Below, in pieces: positions 57,632-64,000 of a stretch of DNA of 64,000 bases. Both the position numbers and the translations under genes were made by a program. The stretch is from the human T2T-CHM13v2.0 reference genome, Homo sapiens. The stretch lies in the NCBI RefSeq assembly GCF_009914755.1, contig NC_060931.1; one strand, written 5' to 3'. The notes beneath the pieces are model-generated. The model saw only the letters and a program-made list of their open reading frames with translations, did no database searches and was not told the DNA's origin. The first letter of the stretch is position 1. Each line of letters begins with the position of its first letter.

Positions 57632-59341
57632 ACACAGTACCACACTGCTTCTGAAGCTCCTAGACCCGGAGTCCCACAGCCTGTAGCAGGGAACACTCCT
57701 CTTCCCCTGCCCATTCTCCCCCACGACATCTCCACATAAAAGCTCTTTGCTCCTTTTGCCGCCAGGCTTTCCCAGAGATTAGAGGCATGGGAAGGAGTTG
57801 AAGTACTGTGGAGGGTGGGAGCGATGTCTTTCTCTACACAGAAAGAAAGAGGACAGGGAAGCAGGACTCCTGGTAGCCTGAGGTCCAAGAAAGTCTCTCC
57901 CTTAATTGCTTTCCTGAGGCTTGCCATCCACTTGGAAACTTTGTTTCCCACTATCTGCCTTTCCACAGGGAGGGAGGCATGGAAATGAAGAGGTTAAAGT
58001 TGAGGTAGGAGAGTGACATGTCGGTCACCGCAAGGTCCTGGTGCAACATCCCCTCCTGGGGAACCACTCAACTCCCACTGCTCCTAGACCGGAGTCCCCT
58101 TTTCTTCTCTGGGAGAACCTTCCTACCCACCTGACAGTTGCCAGGTGAACCCCTTGGAGCCTCAGATCGTCCTGCCCACTGGCAGAAGAGGGAGAAGCAG
58201 AAAGGTGCCTACTATGAGACTAGGATTCCTGAGTTCAATACCCACCCAAGGCAGACCCTGGGCTTGGCCACCCTGAGATCAGCCTGCCCTGAAAGGTGAA
58301 GGGGGAAGTGAAATATCTGAGGTTGGGATGCCTGGGGGTGGGGGTGTGCCTCTTTCCCTTTTAGGATCACAAGTAGAGAAACTGAGGCACAGAGTGAGCA
58401 AAAGGCTGCTCTTTACCTGTTCCAGGCTAATACCACATCTTGCTATCCAGATGTCCCCTCTCCAATTCTAGCTGGGCTGGGGTGGGGATGGGGGGCAAAG
58501 TTGACTTGGAAGCTGACACCCTGGCCCTCAGCCCAGAAGCTGATGTTGTCAATGGGCTTAAGAGCAGGTGGAGCAGGAGGCTGGGGACCAGGTCTCCTGG
58601 GTCCCTAAACCCACCTGTTTTCCCTCCTGAGCTGAGCCAGAAGGGTAAGCAAGGAGGAGGCTGGTGATGATGATGCCTGCACCCTGCAAGTGAGAAGCCA
58701 TGCCCTGAGGACAATAGATGTGAGAGGTGGGGCTGGGTGCTCTGGCCTAGAAGAGGCTGCATGTGGCTGGAGGCTCCAACCTGGCCGCTGCCCTCTGTCC
58801 AGGTTCCCTGCCTCCAAACTCTCCTCAGCAGGAAGCAGGAGGGCTTCAGGGGTAAGGTGAGGTGGGCAGGGTTGGCCCCCCAACCTCCTGATTAGCTGAG
58901 TCTGAGTGTCAGGCTATAGTGGGGTCAAAGAGGCTGAGGTTGGAATGTGACCCTTACAAGCCAGAAGGGATCCTGAAAGAATAAAAAGCTCCAAGGAAGG
59001 GGAGAGGGAGGAGCTACCTCCCCCAACCCACCACGTCCCAATGGCTGGGTCCTTCCTCTCCAGCCCTGACTCCAGATGTGAGGAGAGAGGTGGAAGGAGA
59101 GACTGAGGGGAGCTGAGTGCCTCACAGCTGGGGCACTGCCCCTGCCTCCCCTCCACACTGACTGCCACTTCCTGACTGGCACTGGAGCCACAGAAGCTGA
59201 AAGGAGCCTCAGAGGGCTAGTCCAGTCCCCCTGAATGATTGGGTCATGCCATCTGAGGGCCCTGTTCGCAGTCCTTGGAGCCTGGGAGACAGTGAGGCCA
59301 GAGGTGAGGGCCACCCACTCCTCCTCCTCTTGGTCCCCCAG

Positions 59342-59796
59342 GGGGCACCAGAGATGGCCCCACTGCTACCCCCTGTGAGAGTAACTTGACTCTCCTGCTC
59401 CACATGCCTGCACTGAAGCCCAGGCCTCCCAGTCCCCTGGCTCTACCTGCTGCTCCTGTTCCTGCCCTGGCTGGGGGCGAAGCCAGCTGCCTAGGCTAAG
59501 TCCCTGCAGCTCCACCTGGCCTGCAGCTTTGACGCGCTGGCTGGGAGAGTGCACTGAGCCATTTCTTTTGCAGTGGCCTGGTGCAGGCTGCCTGAATGCT
59601 AATGTTGCTGCAAGGACCCTGGGGCACTGGCTGGTTGCACGCTGGCAGTGCACCCTCTCCCTGGGTGGCTACACCTTTGCGCAGATGCCGCTGCCCATGA
59701 GCTGGAACCTGGGTCACCACAGCAGCGTGGTTCAGCGCCTGTGGGGCCACATCTTCCACAATCTGGTGGTGAGCAGCCTGGATCACATGGTGCTGG
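59342..59796 (+). pseudogene. Disabled TMEM53-like/DUF829 gene, first coding exon (ATG 59354)
   Basis: Acceptor CTCCTCTTGGTCCCCCAG; Kozak GAGATGG; translation MAPLLPPVRVT*LSCSTCLH*SPGLPVPWLYLLLLFLPWLGAKPAA*AKSLQLHLACSFDALA/ESALSHFFCSGLVQAA*MLMLLQGP/GALAGCTLAVH/LSLGGYTFAQM...QRLWGHIFHNLVVSSLDHMVLG; donor G|GTGTGT, phase 1. Confidence 0.85.
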
Positions 59797-60106
59797 GTGT
59801 GTGCCAGGGAGGGGTGAGGGGGTACCTGTGCTGCACAGACCTGGCTGGACCTCAGGGGGGCAGGTAGTACTGCTGACCAAGGCATCTCTGATCTGCATTT
59901 CTCCCAAATGTGGCTCTGGGCTGCCTCTGAATATCCACCTGCTGTGGCCTTCCTACCCAGAGTGTCTCTCCCTTTGTCCCACTTAAGCCTCCTGCACTGT
60001 GGCTGAATTTGCATCTCACAGTAAGTGTGTTTCCTGAGTCCAGACTTACATGCGTTTATTACCCAGGCAAGGGGAGGGCCCATAGGACACAGTAAGACTC
60101 ATTTAC

Positions 60107-60388
60107 TCATGCCTGTAATCCCAGCACTTTGGGAGGCCGAGGCGGGCGGATCACCTGAGGTCCGGAGTTCAAGACCAGCCTAGCCAACATGGTGAAACCC
60201 TATCTCCACTAAAAATACAAAAATTAGCTGGGCGTGGTGGTGGGCACCTGTAGTCTCAGCTACTCCGGAGGCTGAGCCAGGAGAATCGCTTGAACCCGGG
60301 AGGTGAAGGTTGCAATGAACCTAGATTGTGCCACTGCCCTCCAGCCTGGGTGACAGAGGGAGATTCTATCTCAAAAAAAAAAAAAAAA
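60107..60388 (+). mobile_element. AluS in the pseudogene intron, TSD AAGACTCATTTACT
   Basis: TSD at 60093-60106 and 60387-60400. Confidence 0.93.
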
Positions 60389-61653
60389 GACTCATTTACT
60401 GAGCACCTGTAACCTTCCTCGTTCGTTCTCACATAATCCTTGCAATGAAGCCTGGAGGTGGGTGCTATGTCATCTGCTTTTCTTAGGACGCGTACTGTGG
60501 CAAGTCTCAGACCATATAACTAGATGCATGGAATTCCTCTAAAACAGTAATTCTCTAACTTTAGAACGTATCAGAATTGAGCGGCTGAGTAGCAACCCAG
60601 AGGCTCAGACCCCATCCTACTATGGCAAGCCTAGGACTTGTTATTAGCTCTCCAGGTGATTCTGACATGCACCAAACTTGCAGAGCCACTGTGCTAAAAC
60701 CTCCTCTAGAAGGGCCATACTAATGCTACCATACCTTAAGGTGGAGATCACTGACTTACAAGGTAATTCATCCATTGGTCAGCTCTATTAACCAACTAGG
60801 TTTAGTTCAAAACGGAACTTCTCCCTTTGAACCACTCACGCTCTTGATTCAGAGTGACTTGGCATTTATCTGAAAACCCTTAGATCTTTCCCATCTCAAC
60901 AGCTGGTCAAGGTGCTTCCTGCATGACTTTTGTAAACCAATGCACAAGACAAACCATGAAACAAGACAAACCATGAAACCATGTTTTGATCCATCCCCTC
61001 TCATCTTCAACCATCCCCTGGGACCTGGGCATTGTCCTCCCTCCCCGCTGGGTCACCTCTGACTCAGGTGCTCATCAAGGCCAGATTCCAGGGCACAAGG
61101 CCTCCCAGGACTGTCAATGACCCATTCACTTTGCAAGAACTCCTGGAGCAGATGTTGAACCAGCTCTGAGCCCACCTGATAGTCCTGCTGTCCAGCTCTT
61201 TCCTTTTTGTCCCTAGAAGCACAAAGCTAAAAAATGATGCAGTGAAAGGCTGGCCCCTGAGCAAGTAGCTCTTTGGCAGAAGGGGCCTGGGAGAAGGCAG
61301 GTATTAGCATGGCATGGCAGCAGGGAGCTGAGGGGCCCCTCCCTTAGCCATAGGAGTGTATCCAGATCTTCTCCTTGGTCTGCTCATTCCCGCCACCTGA
61401 GCATCCCCTGGCCATCTTCCGTGCCTCTGCCCACTTGAGTGGTATCTGTACCTTCGATGGACAGCTTTGTGCCCACTGCCCAACAACAGAGGCACAGGAA
61501 GGCAATGTGAATGTTCCAAAACCCCTCAACTCTAGGGGTATTCAGCAGCCCACGTGACAGTACTGTCTCCACCAGCCGGGGTTGAGGCTGGGAGGCAGGT
61601 CCTGAGCCACATACAAACAGTGGGAGCTGACCCACTCTGCTTTGTACCTACAG

Positions 61654-61988
61654 GTGTGTTTCGGCAGATGAGACCACAGGCGCTGGCCATGCTGTACTTC
61701 CACCTGTGCCCTGGCTGCACCATGTGGCATGATGAGGCTGCGGAGGGCGTTTTCCGGCAGCTGGGTGTGAGGCCCCGATGCTGGAATTCTACAGCCATGA
61801 TGACCCCTCAACAATGCTGCCTGGCTGCAGGAGTTGCTGAGTGGCTTGCAGTAGGTGAAGCCTGGGAGACCTCCTGACATGGGGCCCACCTGCACCAGCA
61901 CACCCCCACCCCACCCCCAGTACCTCAACACCCTCAAACCTTCCTGGGGAGGCAGGGCCTGGTGCCATACCCCCCAGCCCAACTCTGA
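61654..61988 (+). pseudogene. Disabled TMEM53-like/DUF829 gene, last coding exon
   Basis: CTGAC branch point, polypyrimidine tract and CAG acceptor, phase 1; GVFRQMRPQALAMLYFHLCPGCT...VFRQLGVR/APMLEFYSHDDP/NAAWLQELLSGLQ*/AWETS*HGAHLHQH/QYLNTL/QTFLGRQGLVPYPPAQL*. Confidence 0.85.
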
Positions 61989-62039
61989 TGGGGCTCCAGC
62001 CACCCAATGGACAGGGCATACAGACAGGATAGTGGAGGC

Positions 62040-62759
62040 GTTGAGACCTGCTTGATTTATTCCAAGTATTTAATACACAATGACGCAACTGTGATCCCAA
62101 GTGTGCAAAGTTAAAGCCTTCGACTGCAGCTGAGGAGAAGGGAGGAATGGTTCACCTGGGGACGGTGGTGAGTCAGGAATGACAGGCAGGCGGCCATGAC
62201 CAGGGCAGTCTCCTACCCATGGCCAGGGACAGGGGAGCGGCCTGAGGAGCAGGACCCAAGGGTAGCCCAGGGCCGGGGAAGGGGGCAGAGACCTCCCCTT
62301 GGCCTAGGTCAGGAGCTCAGAAGTGCCACATGGCTGAGGGGCAGCGGCCCGGGAAGGGCCAGAGGCAGGGCCAGGAGAGCACCATTTCCTGGGAGGCTAG
62401 GGGCAGGGAGGTGCCCTACAGGAGAAGCCAGGAGGGGCCGCCTGCCCCTGGGGTGGGGGCCAGGCTGGAGCAGGCTGCAGCAAGAAAGACCTGAGGCAGG
62501 CGCAGGGCCTGAGAGCCTGGCTGGCTGGGCTCGGAGGGGGGCTCCCAGGGCAGCCTGGCCCCGGGAGCAGTCCTGACTCTGCAGGGGATGCCGAGTGAGG
62601 GGCAGCAGTCCCCTCAGGACCTCCCCTCCTCTCTGCCTGGAAAGGAGCTGGAGAACCCGTAGTGCAAATCTGTGGACCACTCAGTTATGGAGGGAGGCTG
62701 TGCCCAAAAGTGGACACTGGGGTGCATCCCCTCCACCACCTCGGCCTCCACCGCTGTCC
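62040..62759 (-). other. IMPDH1: IMPDH1 3' UTR
   Basis: Between the stop codon and tandem poly(A) signals. Confidence 0.85.
62056..62074 (-). terminator. IMPDH1: IMPDH1 poly(A) signals ATTAAA (62069-62074) and AATAAA (62056-62061)
   Basis: TTTAAT and TTTATT on + strand. Confidence 0.88.
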
Positions 62760-62781
62760 TCAGTACAGCCGCTTTTCGTAA
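62681..62781 (-). CDS. IMPDH1: IMPDH1 last exon, retinal-isoform frame (F)TKSGCTEDSGGGRGGGGDAPQCPLLGTASLHN*
   Basis: Frame reached when the 17-nt exon 13b is included; matches the known retinal IMPDH1(546/595) C-terminal extension. Confidence 0.92.
62760..62781 (-). CDS. IMPDH1: IMPDH1 last exon, canonical frame (S)YEKRLY*
   Basis: CTTGTCCCCACAG acceptor; SYEKRLY is the IMPDH1 C-terminus; upstream exons lie beyond the window end. Confidence 0.96.
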
Positions 62782-63474
62782 CTGTGGGGACAAGGCAAGA
62801 GGGGGAACAAGAGTGGGTGTGTGGACCCTGCTCCTTCCCAAAACCCTTTCCCCAGGGCCCCCAGATGTAGGAGAGAACAGAGAGCTGAGAAGCCCTGAGA
62901 TCTCAGCCGTACGGCGCAGGAGGAGGGCCTGGAGCAGGCCCTAGGCCTCTGTCCTCCCCCAGGCCAGCATTCCCTGAAGAACCATGCTGGGTGCAGAGAT
63001 GGCCATGCTCCTTTGGGCCATCGCCACATCTGAGTGGATGTCCTCAGTGCCCAGGGTGGAGGGACAGCTCAGGCAGGCATGGCCCATCCTCATGGAGCAA
63101 ACTCCAACCTGGAGCCGAACCTCTGCTGCCCATGTCCGCACCCAGCCCCAGCCCTGCAGGCACAGTGGCCTAGGCTGCTTGTGGTCACTGGGTCCAGTCT
63201 AAAATGGGGCAGCCTTAGGCCTGAGGTCACGGGCATCTCTCTGCAGCCAGAAAGGGATATGTGTTTCAGCTGGATGAGGGGACACTGCTGGTTTCCTCCA
63301 TCATGGTGTTGGAGTTAGGGGGCCGGGGGGGCCCAAACCCAGGGTCCACATCTCATGGTTACACCCCAGCACCCTCCTACCCCCACCCAATACCCACCCC
63401 CACCTCCAGCCCAGGTCCCACCCAGACTGCCCCTGCTCTACTCTACGCTTGGCCCGGGCAGCGCGGTTACTTAC

Positions 63475-63491
63475 ACGGCAGAAAGGTATAG
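63475..63491 (-). CDS. IMPDH1: IMPDH1 retina-specific microexon 13b (CTATACCTTTCTGCCGT; YTFLP)
   Basis: TCTAAC branch point at 63523-63528, CCCTTCCGTAG acceptor, GTAAGT donor, exactly 17 nt. Confidence 0.93.
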
Positions 63492-64000
63492 CTACGGAAG
63501 GGTGGGGCGGAAAGAGACACAGGTTAGACGCCCGCTGATACCTGGGGACAGGGCTCCTGACCAGGGTGGGGCACATGCCTGCAACTACTGCTGCCAACGA
63601 GCACTGCCCCCGCCCACGGTTGCCCCAGCGCTGGCCCTGGCGTCCATCTCTCTGCCCTTGTACCCGCCAGAGGGGTCACACCCGCATCTTCTGCCTGGCT
63701 GCCTGGTGCCACCACAGCCCCTGCCACCAGCCACCAAGCTTCCTGAGCAAGCAAGGGCTGGGAGTCCAGGTGCAGTGACTGGCCACACCTCCTGTGCCCT
63801 GCTCGGGAGAGGCCCGAGGGGAGGGGAGGGCCTGCTTGCATGGGGACTAAAGGACAAGGAACAGGGGGCTGGGCCCCCGAAGAGAGGGTGAGGGGCCATC
63901 CTGCAGCAGCATCTGTCCCTGCTGCAGGTGGTCCATGGGGTCCCTGGAACCTCAGCTTGACCTCAGAACCCTGGCCCCACCTGCCCAACCCACTGCCTCC

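Noticed and set aside
59529-59867. 112-aa ORF as an intact small gene
   Set aside because: Only its middle part is in the DUF829 frame; it is a by-product of the frameshifted pseudogene exon.
60944-60983. 17-bp direct repeat ACAAGACAAACCATGAA x2
   Set aside because: Simple tandem duplication with no spacers; not CRISPR-like.
61068-61557. Exon-like segments inside the pseudogene intron (VLIKARFQG..., IFSLVCSF...)
   Set aside because: They contain stops or need implausibly short introns, and the DUF829 alignment is continuous without them.

Overview
Human genomic DNA, recognisable as chr7q32.1, with three known minus-strand genes. (1) RBM28 coding exons 1-10 and its CpG promoter (602-13850). 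(2) The complete PRRT4 coding sequence: four coding exons of 652+105+120+1823 = 2700 nt, giving 899 aa. (3) The 3' end of IMPDH1, including the 17-nt retinal microexon 13b and a last exon that is read in two frames. The rest is rich in Alu, L1, L2, MIR, MLT/MST, MER5 and HSMAR2 remnants. The main finding is a decayed, intron-containing plus-strand gene at 59342-61988, tail-to-tail with IMPDH1, which the ORF track shows only as fragments. It reconstructs to a TMEM53-like (DUF829) alpha/beta-hydrolase-fold protein with a putative Ser-Asp-His triad, a phase-matched intron and a PTS1-like C-terminus. It is broken by at least 6 stops and several frameshifts, so it is a candidate unitary pseudogene. 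Other points: a TSD-flanked U7 snRNA retrocopy in the RBM28 promoter, a tandem exon duplication in PRRT4, a near-consensus AluYa5, an Alu-associated deletion of the RT region of an L1, and a convergent CTCF motif pair. All identifications come from manual reading, translation and recalled family knowledge; no database search was run. Repeat boundaries are approximate.
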